Source of the DNA: Halogeometricum borinquense DSM 11551
GTDB lineage: Archaea > Halobacteriota > Halobacteria > Halobacteriales > Haloferacaceae
Assembly: GCF_000172995.2 (NCBI RefSeq)
Contig: NC_014729.1
Location: 2,610,001-2,642,000 of the forward strand
Direction: 5' to 3'
DNA: 32,000 bases
Shown here: positions 17,884 through 26,649 of the stretch, one piece after another
Numbering within the stretch: the first letter of the stretch is position 1
Layout of the letters: every line of letters starts with the position of its first letter
Notes under the pieces: model-generated
What the model saw: only the letters and a program-made list of their open reading frames with translations
Databases searched by the model: none
What the model was told of the DNA's origin: nothing
Translations under genes and position numbers: made by a program

Positions 17884-18486
17884 TTAGAAATCGCCGAGAC
17901 TCGACTGTCCGTCCGCGCTGTCCGCGAGACCCGAAAGATCCGCCGCTCGCGCGATAGTGTCGGAGAAGGTATCGCGTTGACTGCGGTCGTACAGCGTCGC
18001 TGCCGGATGGACGCAGATGAGGACACGTTGAAGCCGTTCACCGAGGCGGACGTCCACCACGTCGCCCGCTTCTTTCGTCACAGCAACCGAGCGGTCGAGG
18101 AGGTGTTCAGACGGGACTTTGCCGAGCGTAACAACGAGGTCGGGGTCAAGAAGCTCAAGTTCACGTTCGAGGTAACCGCGGCAGTTCCCCAACTCTGTTT
18201 TCGTCGGATCGCGGTTCTCCGGGGGGCGGCATCGGACGCAGTTCGTGATGCGAACGTCCGACCGGGCGAGACCAACGTCGCGGAGGGCATCGTCGAGTAC
18301 GCTCCCCGACCGGCCCACGAACGGTTCGCCCTGTTCGTCCTCGTTCGCACCCGGCGCTTCGCCGAGGAAGACCAAATCGGCGTCGTCAGGGCCGACGCCG
18401 TTGACTATCTGACTCCGTGACTCCACGAGTTCGGGGCATCGTTCGCACTCGCGGACGCAGAGGCCATCCATCTCGTCGTCGCTCAT
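17884..18486 (-). CDS. udg: Uracil-DNA glycosylase, family 4 (Fe-S type)
   Basis: 200 aa with an N-terminal Cys cluster (CVRECERCPEL), GEAPGANEDEQGEPFVGRSG and HPAA near the C-terminus. Confidence 0.9.
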   Translation of the reverse strand: MSDDEMDGLCVRECERCPELVESRSQIVNGVGPDDADLVFLGEAPGANEDEQGEPFVGRSGSVLDDALRDVGLARSDVRITNCVRCRPPENRDPTKTELGNCRGYLERELELLDPDLVVTLGKVPSEHLLDRSVAVTKEAGDVVDVRLGERLQRVLICVHPAATLYDRSQRDTFSDTIARAADLSGLADSADGQSSLGDF

Positions 18487-18562
18487 ACCGAAGAGCGGGA
18501 CTGGTATGACTTATCCGCGGCGGTCCGCCGTTCCGAGTGGTCGAGTGGCGGAGCGAGCAACC

Positions 18563-18582
18563 GCCTCACGGTGCCTCACGGT
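18563..18582. repeat. Perfect 10-bp tandem duplication (minus strand accgtgaggc x2) containing the DUF99 stop codon
   Basis: 18573-18582 is identical to 18563-18572. The TGA in the second copy is the in-frame stop. Confidence 0.95.
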
Positions 18583-19153
18583 CGCGCCACTCGCGTCCCG
18601 AGCGGGCGAGAAGCCGCGCGACACGGAGCGGTTCGGGTCGGCCACCCGTCGGTGTGTACGCGCGGACGGCACGCGCCGCCTCGTCGTCGCTTATTCCGAC
18701 GGATCGGACGAACACAGTGTCGTCGCCGACAGTCACACGACGGCGCGGTGGAAGCGACTCGTACACTGCGAGTCGGGTGTCGAGTTCCTCGCCCGAAAAC
18801 GCCGCTTTCAGCGCAGATCGAAGCCCGCTGCTCGACTCGAACGAGACGGAGAGAACGGGCCTGTCAACGGCGTCTGCGAGACGCCGGAGATCAACGAGGT
18901 TGAACCACGCGGGAGCGACGCCCGCGACGAATACCAGACGGACGTCTTCGCGTCCAAGGTTCGAAAAAAGTCCTCGTATAACGTCCGTTACATCGGTGCC
19001 ACCGACGGTACACGTCCCGTACGCCGCGCCGTCGATGACACGGTCGGCGCGGACGACTGCGCCACAGAGCACGCTCTCCGCCTCCACCCCGTCGTCAGTG
19101 TACGACTCCGCGATGCCGAGTGCGCGCGTGCCCGACTTGACCGTCGGTGTCAC
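18566..19153 (-). CDS. DUF99 / UPF0215 family protein
   Basis: 195 aa with the family-typical N-terminus: RALGIAESY.., CGAVVRADRVIDG.., TVGGTDVTD. I recall this family being linked to an endonuclease V-like fold and dU-endonuclease naming, but I am not certain of that. Confidence 0.8.
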   Translation of the reverse strand: MTPTVKSGTRALGIAESYTDDGVEAESVLCGAVVRADRVIDGAAYGTCTVGGTDVTDVIRGLFSNLGREDVRLVFVAGVAPAWFNLVDLRRLADAVDRPVLSVSFESSSGLRSALKAAFSGEELDTRLAVYESLPPRRRVTVGDDTVFVRSVGISDDEAARAVRAYTPTGGRPEPLRVARLLARSGREWRDREAP

Positions 19154-19162
19154 GCCTGGACG

Positions 19163-19339
19163 TCAGTTGTCCTTGATCTCTTGCAGACGGTCCAGCAACT
19201 CTTCGTTCGACGCGCCGTTCTCGAAGTTAACCTCACCGTCGTGGTCGTTCTCCGAAGTTGCGACGCCGTCGTTTTCGTCAAGGTCTTGGTCGTAGTCTTG
19301 ACTCTCTTGCTCGGACTCGTCGTAGCTCCCAAATCCCAT
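19163..19339 (-). CDS. DUF5786-like small acidic protein (58 aa)
   Basis: MGFGSYDESEQESQDYDQDLDENDGVATSENDHDGEVNFENGASNEELLDRLQEIKDN. The MGFGSYDESEQ N-terminus is a conserved haloarchaeal small-protein signature. The start is the second ATG of the track ORF. Confidence 0.75.
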   Translation of the reverse strand: MGFGSYDESEQESQDYDQDLDENDGVATSENDHDGEVNFENGASNEELLDRLQEIKDN

Positions 19340-19504
19340 ACATACCAATATAGATGGTTCAGACGGAAAAATGATACGCAGAGATATATTTTATTCGACC
19401 CATATTATCTCGAAACATACGTCAGAAACCATCTTTGAACATCTTGCTGACATTATTATCCCAGCTCAGTGGGGATTTTTCATCACTCAGACATAGCGTG
19501 GGCT

Positions 19505-20131
19505 ATGGAAATCGTCACGGTCACAGACGGCGCGGAACAGTTCACCTGTAACGCGTATCTCGTCCTCGGCGAACGGAACGTACTAGTCGATGCCGGGACG
19601 ATGCCCGGCGTCGAAACCGTCGTCGCCGACCACACCGACGAGTTAGACGCTGTCGTTCTCACGCATCAGCATACCGACCACATCGGCGAACTCGACGCCG
19701 TACTGGATCGATTCGACGCCGACCTGTACGCGTACGGAGACCACCCGCGACGCGACGAGGCACTCGAAGACGGCGACGTACTCCAGATGGGTGAAGAGAC
19801 GTTCGAGGTCGTGTACACGCCGGGGCACGCCTCCGACCACATCTCACTCGTCAGCGAGAAACGAATCTTCAGTGGCGACGTAGTCGTCTACAACGACGGC
19901 GCATTCGACAACGGGAGTTTCGGTCGGACGGATATGTCCGGTCAGTCGCGCGAACGACTCGTCGAGAGTCTCCGAACCCTTCTCGACCGGATCCCCGAAA
20001 CGGTCGAAGAACTGTACGCGGGCCACGGCGACGTGTTCCGTTCAGAGTCCGGCGGCGACTCCGTACAGGACGTAATCGAGCGAGCACTCTCGCGTGCGGA
20101 GCGGCGCGAACCGAAGTATCCCGACGACTAA
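19505..20131 (+). CDS. MBL-fold metallo-hydrolase
   Basis: Has the HQHTDH motif (THQHTDHIG) and later His/Asp ligands (PGHASDH, GHG). The start is taken at ATG 19505 (MEIVTV..), not the alternative start at 19469. Confidence 0.85.
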   Translation: MEIVTVTDGAEQFTCNAYLVLGERNVLVDAGTMPGVETVVADHTDELDAVVLTHQHTDHIGELDAVLDRFDADLYAYGDHPRRDEALEDGDVLQMGEETFEVVYTPGHASDHISLVSEKRIFSGDVVVYNDGAFDNGSFGRTDMSGQSRERLVESLRTLLDRIPETVEELYAGHGDVFRSESGGDSVQDVIERALSRAERREPKYPDD

Positions 20132-20207
20132 ACGGCGACGGCGTACCGTCGTCTACTGCTAGACGCGTCGCTCGTCGGTGTGAGAGATAGAGAAAGCGGC
20201 GACCGGC

Positions 20208-20357
20208 TTACGCGGCGCGGCGTTCTTTCGACTTCGGTCGAAGATTCTTGTAGCCGCACTTGCGGCAACTCGTCGCACGCGCAGGGTTGCGCGCGTTACA
20301 GCGCATGCAGATCTGCTTCTCCAGCGTTCGCTTGGTCGCGGCGTCGTTGGTTGGCAT
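20208..20357 (-). CDS. rpl40e: 50S ribosomal protein L40e (49 aa; below the ORF-track cutoff)
   Basis: [49 protein letters not shown], with the C-x2-C..C-x2-C zinc ribbon and basic tail characteristic of L40e. Confidence 0.9.
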   Translation of the reverse strand: MPTNDAATKRTLEKQICMRCNARNPARATSCRKCGYKNLRPKSKERRAA

Positions 20358-20462
20358 ACACGTCGATTCCAGAGCCGTCCGTATAACGCTTGCGAGACGC
20401 TCATGCTGGCGTCCGGGCTACACGAACGGTGAACGGGCGAGAGAACAGGAGTTATCGGTCGT

Positions 20463-20729
20463 TCAAGCGCCTGCTTTCTGCAGGGCGTCCTCGAGATCTT
20501 CGCGCTGGGTGACACCGACGAATCGGTCGACGATGCCGTCGTCGTTCTCGATGATGAGCGTCGGAAGCGAGCGAACCTGATACTCGTTGGCCACGTCCTG
20601 TTCTTCGTCCACGTCGACCTTCTCGAACTCGACATCCGCGTACTCCTCTTCGAGTTCGTCCAGAATCGGGTCCTGCGTCTTACACGGACCGCACCAATCG
20701 GCGTAGAAATCCTTGAGTCGAACGGTCAT
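20463..20729 (-). CDS. trxA: Thioredoxin
   Basis: 88 aa from MTVRLKDFYADWCGPCK, with the WCGPC active site. The 67-residue upstream extension in the track ORF is basic and looks non-coding. Confidence 0.93.
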   Translation of the reverse strand: MTVRLKDFYADWCGPCKTQDPILDELEEEYADVEFEKVDVDEEQDVANEYQVRSLPTLIIENDDGIVDRFVGVTQREDLEDALQKAGA

Positions 20730-20915
20730 CGTATCCTTTCGGTTGTTACCCGTGCCCGCGCATAAGGGTTTCTTATAGAGAGTATCGTCCCTGTCAGGAG
20801 ATGTCTGACCGTACCGCAGAATCAGACGGACTGGCGAACGTACGATACGCTCTATCACGCTCCACGTTCGTCCCGAGTCGAAACGTTTAGGCGAGATGGA
20901 ATCGCAGTGAGATAC

Positions 20916-21080
20916 ATGAGCAGCGGACAAAACAGCGGTGGCCTCATGTCCAGTGCGGGTCTCGTTCGATATTTCGATGCCGAGGACCGCAACGCCATCC
21001 GTCTCGACCCCAAAAGCATCGTCGCGTTCGGCCTCCTGTTCGGTGTCGGCGTGCTGGTGCTGAACGTCGTCGCCTTCTGA
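20916..21080 (+). CDS. secG: Preprotein translocase subunit Sec61beta (archaeal SecG), 54 aa; below the ORF-track cutoff
   Basis: [54 protein letters not shown], with the GLxRYF motif plus a C-terminal TM anchor. TATA-like cgtttagg lies about 28 nt upstream, and a T5 tract is downstream. Confidence 0.85.
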   Translation: MSSGQNSGGLMSSAGLVRYFDAEDRNAIRLDPKSIVAFGLLFGVGVLVLNVVAF

Positions 21081-21184
21081 AGCGGACGACCGAACCAGCT
21101 TTCGAGATCGAACACGCGTCCTCGTAGCGAGTGCATCGCCGTCCGAGCGGTCGCTTTTTCACCCCCGAACACTGACGGGCACGT

Positions 21185-21787
21185 ATGATACATGCAGGCG
21201 TCGTCGCCGTGCAGGGCGACGTATCCGAACACGCTGCGGCCATTCGCCGCGCCGCGGACGCCCACGGTGAGAACGTCGATGTTGTCGAGATTCGCCAGTC
21301 CGGTCACATCCCCGACTGCGACGTACTCTTGATCCCTGGCGGCGAATCGACAGCCATCTCTCGTCTCCTCCGCCGGGAAGGAATCGACGAGGAGATACGC
21401 GACCACGTCGCCGCCGGAAAGCCCGTACTGGCGACGTGTGCGGGACTTATTGTTTCCTCCCGTGACGCGAAAGACGACCGTGTGGAGACGCTTGACCTCA
21501 TAGACGTGAGCGTAGACCGCAACGCGTTCGGTCGGCAGGTAGACAGTTTCGAGGCACCGCTCGACATCGCCGGGATGGACGACCCGTTCCCGGCGGTGTT
21601 CATTCGTGCGCCTCTCATCGACGACGTAGACGACGGCGTCGAAGTGCTGGCCGAGTGGGACGGAACGCCCGTCGCCGTGCGCCAAGGCCCCGTCGTCGGC
21701 ACGTCTTTCCACCCCGAGTTGACCGCCGACAGTCGCCTCCACGACTTGGCGTTCTTCGACCACGTGGAAGCCGAAGCCGCGGACTGA
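21185..21787 (+). CDS. pdxT: Pyridoxal 5'-phosphate synthase glutaminase subunit
   Basis: 200 aa with GVVAVQGDVSEH, IPGGESTA, catalytic TCAGLI and FHPE. Confidence 0.95.
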   Translation: MIHAGVVAVQGDVSEHAAAIRRAADAHGENVDVVEIRQSGHIPDCDVLLIPGGESTAISRLLRREGIDEEIRDHVAAGKPVLATCAGLIVSSRDAKDDRVETLDLIDVSVDRNAFGRQVDSFEAPLDIAGMDDPFPAVFIRAPLIDDVDDGVEVLAEWDGTPVAVRQGPVVGTSFHPELTADSRLHDLAFFDHVEAEAAD

Positions 21788-21866
21788 CGCCTGAATCGAA
21801 GGTCATCGCCGCCGCGACCGATGTCGGAGTCAGAACCGTTTTCTCACGACGTTCCAACGCACACCT

Positions 21867-22172
21867 ATGACTGATGAAGCCGATTCCGACGACGCGGTGT
21901 TAGACGCGCTGTTCTCGACTATCGAGTCGCGGAAGGCGGAGCTACCCGAGGACTCGTACACGACAACGCTGTTTACCCACGAGAAGGGCGAGAACTACGT
22001 CTTGGAGAAGATCGGTGAGGAGACGACCGAAGCGATTCTCGCGGCCAAAGACGACGAAACCGAGGAACTACTGGCTGAGAGCGCCGACTTGGTCTATCAC
22101 CTCCTCGTCTTGCTCTCGATGAAGGACGCCTCGCTTGATGACCTGCGGGACGAACTCAAAGAGCGGTTCTGA
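21867..22172 (+). CDS. hisE: Phosphoribosyl-ATP pyrophosphohydrolase
   Basis: 101 aa with SYTTTLF, KIGEETTEAILAAKD and ESADLVYHLLVLL, typical of HisE. Confidence 0.93.
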   Translation: MTDEADSDDAVLDALFSTIESRKAELPEDSYTTTLFTHEKGENYVLEKIGEETTEAILAAKDDETEELLAESADLVYHLLVLLSMKDASLDDLRDELKERF

Positions 22173-22256
22173 ACGCAACCCTCCCGGATGGCTCCGAGAG
22201 CGATACTGATCTGTGGGTTCACAAGAATTTTGTAGAGATATTCGGTAGACGGAGCT

Positions 22257-22817
22257 ATGTCGCCCTCCAGACGCACGACACTCGGGCTGATGGGGACTGG
22301 CGTAGTCGCCCTCCTCTCGGGCTGTTCGTCGGTCACGGGACCTGACGGCGAGACGGCTACACAACCGAGTACGACGGACGAATCGAACGGCGGAGACGAT
22401 TCAGCATCCGGCGACACAACGAGCGGAGCGAACACAGCCGATGGACCGACGAACTTCGAGATTCGACTGGTCGGCCCGGTCGGCACGGAGACGGACCCGA
22501 CACTCTTCACCGACGCCGAAATCAAATCAGTAGGAGCGGTCGAACAGCAGCGGGATTCGTTGTACGGTCTTCCCGTCACACTCACAGACGAAGCGACGAC
22601 GGAAACCAGCGAGACGCTGCAGTCCGTCGGCGTCGCGGAGAACCCCGACGAGTTCGAACTCGTCCAGCGGCACGACGGCGAGGAAGTCACCCGGTTCGAA
22701 ATTTCACGAAACCTCGCGTCGAAGATAGCCGAGGGAGAGTGGGACGGAGAGTTTGTGCTGATGTTCAAGAGCCGTGAAAAGGCGGCGGAACTGCGGAAAA
22801 CGCTCACCGAAGGCTGA
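22257..22817 (+). CDS. Secreted Tat lipoprotein, function unknown
   Basis: Has an SRRTTLG twin-arginine motif, lipobox LSGCSS and an acidic Thr/Gly/Asp-rich linker, followed by a roughly 120-aa acidic domain. I recognise no family. Confidence 0.65.
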   Translation: MSPSRRTTLGLMGTGVVALLSGCSSVTGPDGETATQPSTTDESNGGDDSASGDTTSGANTADGPTNFEIRLVGPVGTETDPTLFTDAEIKSVGAVEQQRDSLYGLPVTLTDEATTETSETLQSVGVAENPDEFELVQRHDGEEVTRFEISRNLASKIAEGEWDGEFVLMFKSREKAAELRKTLTEG

Positions 22818-22891
22818 CCGGCGCGCCGCTTTCGAGTGCATCGAATCGGGGTCCGACGGCAGCACCGGAAAGCAAAAGCGCGAACAACCGA

Positions 22892-23560
22892 TTACCGGAA
22901 CCGAACGCCCAAGTCGTGCATCCCGTCGTTGTTCTGCGCGACGTTGATCAGAAGCGGCGTCACCGACTCGACTTCCGCGGCGTTGGCGATGCCGCCCGCA
23001 TCGAGGGCGCGGAGACCATCAATCTCCTCTGCGAGACGGCTCACAGTGTCCTTCGCGTCGAAGTCGTCGGCGACGACGAGCGTGTCAATATCCAACTCAG
23101 CGTCTAAGTTTGCGAGTCGTCCTGCTGCGAGGTTGTGGAACGCGCCGACGACAGGGATGCCGTCGGGTGCGGCGTCAGCGACCAACTGCGTGACGCTCCC
23201 CGCTTTCGGCGGGTGGTAGTGGAAGCCGTCGTCGTCGCGTTTGACACCCGCCGCGGGCGTGACGAGCACGTCATCCTCCGACAGACTATCCTCGACGGCT
23301 TCGATGGTGTCGGCGACGTGGTACGGCGGCACCGCGAGAACCACGATGCGCGCTCTATCGGCGGCCATCTTGTTTTCGAATCCGGTCACCTTCACGTCGC
23401 GGCCGCGACTCGACAGTTCGGTTTCGTACTCGTCGGCCTTCGCACGGGCTTTCTCCGGGTCGCGCGACCCGATGACGATGTCGTGATCCGTGTGGTAGGC
23501 CCAGCGAAGGGCGAGTCCTTCACCGATGTCACCGGTCCCACCGAGGAGTGCGATTCGCAT
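22892..23560 (-). CDS. npdG: NADPH-dependent F420 reductase
   Basis: 222 aa with the N-terminal Rossmann motif MRIALLGGTGDIGEGLALRWA, typical of NpdG/F420H2:NADP oxidoreductase. Confidence 0.87.
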   Translation of the reverse strand: MRIALLGGTGDIGEGLALRWAYHTDHDIVIGSRDPEKARAKADEYETELSSRGRDVKVTGFENKMAADRARIVVLAVPPYHVADTIEAVEDSLSEDDVLVTPAAGVKRDDDGFHYHPPKAGSVTQLVADAAPDGIPVVGAFHNLAAGRLANLDAELDIDTLVVADDFDAKDTVSRLAEEIDGLRALDAGGIANAAEVESVTPLLINVAQNNDGMHDLGVRFR

Positions 23561-23644
23561 GCTATCGACTGCGGACGGGGAGGGGTAAAACGTTGTGTGA
23601 CCGGGTGCCTCTGCCGAGAACGCAGCGGATGGATCCCGCCCGTA

Positions 23645-23836
23645 TCAAGCGGACTGGAATTCGGGACCGTAGGTGACGAGAAAGGCGATCAGCGGGGCGA
23701 CGATGAGCGTCCCAAGGAGGACGAGCTGTCGGATACCGACCGTCTCCGGGAGAATCGCCCAGACACCGAGACCGAGTGCGTCCACGGCGAGCATCACGAA
23801 GAGAAAGCGCGAGAGATGGTGGAGCGTGTCGCCCAT
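23645..23836 (-). CDS. Small membrane protein, 63 aa (hypothetical)
   Basis: Two hydrophobic segments, 4-nt gap to the upstream membrane ORF, same strand. No recognisable family. Confidence 0.45.
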   Translation of the reverse strand: MGDTLHHLSRFLFVMLAVDALGLGVWAILPETVGIRQLVLLGTLIVAPLIAFLVTYGPEFQSA

Positions 23837-23840
23837 ACGA

Positions 23841-24215
23841 TTACGCCCCCGTAACCCAGCGACGCGGATTCAGCCGTTGCGGGACATAGCTCGCCGCTAT
23901 CCATCCCGCACCGAACGAGACGAGATTGCCGGCAAAGCCATCGAAGTTGAGAGCGCCGAGGGCCAGTCGCACGGTGAGTGTGACGGCGAAGAACACGACG
24001 AATTCGGCTGTCATGTCGCCCGGGTCGGCCGTCGGCGACGCGGCGTAGCTGAATGCACGGAACACGAGCGGAACCGATACGAGGAAGGCGACAGCGGCCA
24101 GGGCGAGTGGAACCAGCCCGGTTGGATCCGGTGCGAGAAGGAACCCAAGCGGGACCGCGACAATCAGACCGACGAGAACGGCCCAGACGAGCCGTTCGAG
24201 ACGGAGGGAATCCAT
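23841..24215 (-). CDS. Membrane protein, 124 aa (hypothetical)
   Basis: About four hydrophobic segments and GC3-biased codons. No recognisable family. Confidence 0.55.
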   Translation of the reverse strand: MDSLRLERLVWAVLVGLIVAVPLGFLLAPDPTGLVPLALAAVAFLVSVPLVFRAFSYAASPTADPGDMTAEFVVFFAVTLTVRLALGALNFDGFAGNLVSFGAGWIAASYVPQRLNPRRWVTGA

Positions 24216-24246
24216 ATATCCGACTGTGGCCGCTGTCGGCCTAAAA

Positions 24247-25119
24247 TTACCCCTCGTCGGTGAGCAGTTCCGGCAAGTCGTTCACCGACCCAACAACAGC
24301 GGCGGCACCGACCGACTCGTACTTCTCGCGTCCCTCGTCGCCGGTCAAGCCACCGGTGAGGACGCCGACGCCGTGGTACGTGTGCTCTGGGTCTTCCTCG
24401 GCGGCGTTGACGGCGGTTCGAACGTCGTCGAGCGTGTCACCGACGAAGACGACGGACTCCGCCCCGAGGCGGTCCGCGAGCGTCGTTAAGGCGCGGGGGT
24501 TGGGTTTGCCCTCCTCCCAGTCGTCCATCGTGAACCGATGGTTCTCGGGGACGGCGAGACGGACGCGAGTCAGCGCGATATCTGCCTCGGCGGCCGGGCG
24601 TCCCGTGAGGACACCGACGCGGTGGTTCGAGGTGAGGTAATCGAGCGTCTCCCCCTCGACGATGATGGGTTCGTCGTGAATGTAGCCCGAAGCCTCGAAC
24701 GGTGGCTCGGAGCCTTCGAGTTCGCGGTAGAGGTCCGCGCCAAGGTAGAGCGCTTGGAACGCGGCGCGGAGTCCCTCGGGGTCCCACGCCTCGCGGACTG
24801 CGTCGTAGTCGTCGGCATCAAGGTGTGCCTCGGTGACGGCTTCGGCGGCGTCGAGACCGCCACCCCGTTCGTGAATTCGGTCTGTGAACTCCGCGATAGA
24901 GATCGGTTCCCGGTCGTCCGCGAGAAGATAAAGCGCCGCGGCGTACGTCAGTTCCCAGTCGTTGTTGAATCCGCCTGCGTCCTTGAACTGCTGAACGTCT
25001 GATTTGTCTATCGTCCGGTCGTACAGTCGCGCTATCGACTCCACGATGGCGCGACGATACGAGTCGGCCACATCGACGAGAACGCCGTCCACATCAAGGA
25101 CGACTGCGTCTGCGTGCAT
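24247..25119 (-). CDS. HAD-superfamily hydrolase, subfamily IA with large cap (TIGR01548-like)
   Basis: HAD motifs are I LDVDGVL, II VLTGR, III GKPNP and IV GDTLDD. Substrate is unknown. Confidence 0.85.
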   Translation of the reverse strand: MHADAVVLDVDGVLVDVADSYRRAIVESIARLYDRTIDKSDVQQFKDAGGFNNDWELTYAAALYLLADDREPISIAEFTDRIHERGGGLDAAEAVTEAHLDADDYDAVREAWDPEGLRAAFQALYLGADLYRELEGSEPPFEASGYIHDEPIIVEGETLDYLTSNHRVGVLTGRPAAEADIALTRVRLAVPENHRFTMDDWEEGKPNPRALTTLADRLGAESVVFVGDTLDDVRTAVNAAEEDPEHTYHGVGVLTGGLTGDEGREKYESVGAAAVVGSVNDLPELLTDEG

Positions 25120-25150
25120 ACCGGGAGAGAGCGATACGGAACCGTTAGCG

Positions 25151-25570
25151 TTACTCTTTCCGACCGGCGGGGACGACGTACAACGTCTCGGCCCCGTCGG
25201 CTATCGTCTCCGTCTCGCAGGGGACCGTCGGAGAATCAAAGCCGAGCGTCGTAAAGAGAAACTCCGCATCGACGGCGGCGGCCACATCCCGGGCGGGACG
25301 GTGAAGTTCAGGCGGCAGATTCAGCGCGTATATCGCGTCGGCATGGTACGCGGGACCGGGGTCGTCGCGGTCGCTCGCAACCACCACATCGTCCGCAACG
25401 AAGTGGAGTTCCGACGGAAGGTCAAACGAGTGAACATCGGTGACGGTCACGTCGCACCCGGCGTCCGCGAGCGCGACTGCCACCGACGGACGGCGACCGA
25501 CTCCAATCTCTGTGACTGTCTCATATTGCGAAAGACGGGCAACGAGAGCGTCTCGAACTACGGTTTCCAC
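25151..25570 (-). CDS. UPF0146 family protein (Rossmann/methyltransferase-like)
   Basis: 139 aa with ..[28 protein letters not shown].., resembling archaeal UPF0146. It has a GTG start and no internal Met. In-frame tandem stops TAA-CGC-TAA. Confidence 0.6.
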   Translation of the reverse strand: METVVRDALVARLSQYETVTEIGVGRRPSVAVALADAGCDVTVTDVHSFDLPSELHFVADDVVVASDRDDPGPAYHADAIYALNLPPELHRPARDVAAAVDAEFLFTTLGFDSPTVPCETETIADGAETLYVVPAGRKE

Positions 25571-25576
25571 GGCGGG

Positions 25577-25583
25577 ATATTTA
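25577..25583 (+). promoter_or_regulatory. TATA-like box (atattta) for the archaemetzincin gene
   Basis: Centred about 30 nt upstream of ATG 25610, inside a 39-bp divergent intergenic region. Confidence 0.45.
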
Positions 25584-25609
25584 TGCCACCGCCCCGCTTA
25601 ACAACTTCC

Positions 25610-26131
25610 ATGCTTGTCGACATCGTGCCTATCGGGGACCTCCCTGCGCACGTAAAGCGCGAGGCATCTGCGGCTCTCCGTGGCGTCTACGACTGCGATG
25701 TGACCGTGCATAACGAGCAGTCGATCCCCGAAGGCGCGTTCGACCGCAGCCGAAATCAGTACCGCGCAGAGCAGTTCATCGAACTTGCAAGCCGGGTCGG
25801 CAGCGGCGAGAAGAACATCGGAATCACGGCGCAGGATCTCTACTACCGCCGACGAAACTACGTCTTCGGACTCGCCTATCTCAACGGGAACGGGTCGGTC
25901 ATCTCTACGTACCGCCTCCAAACGTCCTCGGACGGTGGTATCTCGACCAAGCCGCAATCGGAGGTGTTCTCGGATCGCGTCCGAAAAGAAGTCGTCCACG
26001 AAATCGGTCACACCCTCGGGCTGGAACACTGCGATAACTCGAAGTGCGTCATGTCTTTCTCACCCACTGTTCGTGAAGTAGACGTGAAAGAAGAGCATCT
26101 CTGCGGCACGTGTAGTCGCCTCGTCCACTGA
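25610..26131 (+). CDS. amzA: Archaemetzincin (zinc metalloprotease)
   Basis: 173 aa from MLVDIVPIG, with HEIGHTLGLEHC plus a downstream CxxC (CGTCS). The track ORF start at 25004 is an artefactual extension antisense to the neighbouring genes. Confidence 0.9.
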   Translation: MLVDIVPIGDLPAHVKREASAALRGVYDCDVTVHNEQSIPEGAFDRSRNQYRAEQFIELASRVGSGEKNIGITAQDLYYRRRNYVFGLAYLNGNGSVISTYRLQTSSDGGISTKPQSEVFSDRVRKEVVHEIGHTLGLEHCDNSKCVMSFSPTVREVDVKEEHLCGTCSRLVH

Positions 26132-26232
26132 ACTATCGGTTACTCAGTTCGAGCGGATACCGGGCGGTCAGCTCGACGGACTACCCACAGCCACACATAA
26201 ACACCTCGCCACCGTAGTACAAACGGTGAAAC

Positions 26233-26649
26233 ATGCACTACGTCGTGGCCGTCGATGGTTCGGAACCCGGGGAGAAGGCACTTGATCACGCGTTGCTGCT
26301 CACAACACGTCTCGACGCGTCGTTAACCGTCGTCTACTCTGTCGAACCCAGAGTCGTCGCCGAAGACGGCAATGACATGTATCAGGAAGACCCCGACGCC
26401 GCCGGGGACCGCGGCGACAAATTACTCGAAGCGGCCGCAGAGCGCGCCGCAGAGCAAGGCGTTCCCGTCTCGACTGCGCTTCTGTGGGGAGATCCGGCCG
26501 AGACGATTCCCTCGTACGTAGCGGAAAACGACGTTGACGGTATTATCGTCGGCCACCGCGGACTCTCCCAGCGCGTCGAAGGAATGGTCGGAAGCGTCGC
26601 CAAGAGCCTCGTCCAGAACGCCACCGTCCCCGTCACCATCGTCAGCTAG
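26233..26649 (+). CDS. Universal stress protein (UspA family)
   Basis: 138 aa with MHYVVAVDGSE.., GIIVGHRGLS.., GSVAKSLVQNATVPVTIV. Its stop abuts the rtcA ATG (tagatg). Confidence 0.9.
   Translation: MHYVVAVDGSEPGEKALDHALLLTTRLDASLTVVYSVEPRVVAEDGNDMYQEDPDAAGDRGDKLLEAAAERAAEQGVPVSTALLWGDPAETIPSYVAENDVDGIIVGHRGLSQRVEGMVGSVAKSLVQNATVPVTIVS

Noticed and set aside
18506-19438. 310-aa plus-strand ORF antisense to the DUF99 and DUF5786 genes
   Set aside because: It is a basic shadow ORF, while the opposite strand encodes two recognisable acidic proteins.
25004-25609. 202-residue N-terminal extension of the archaemetzincin ORF (track ORF 25004-26131)
   Set aside because: The extension is antisense to the HAD and UPF0146 genes and is basic. 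The conserved protein starts at MLVDIV (25610), with a TATA box at the correct distance.
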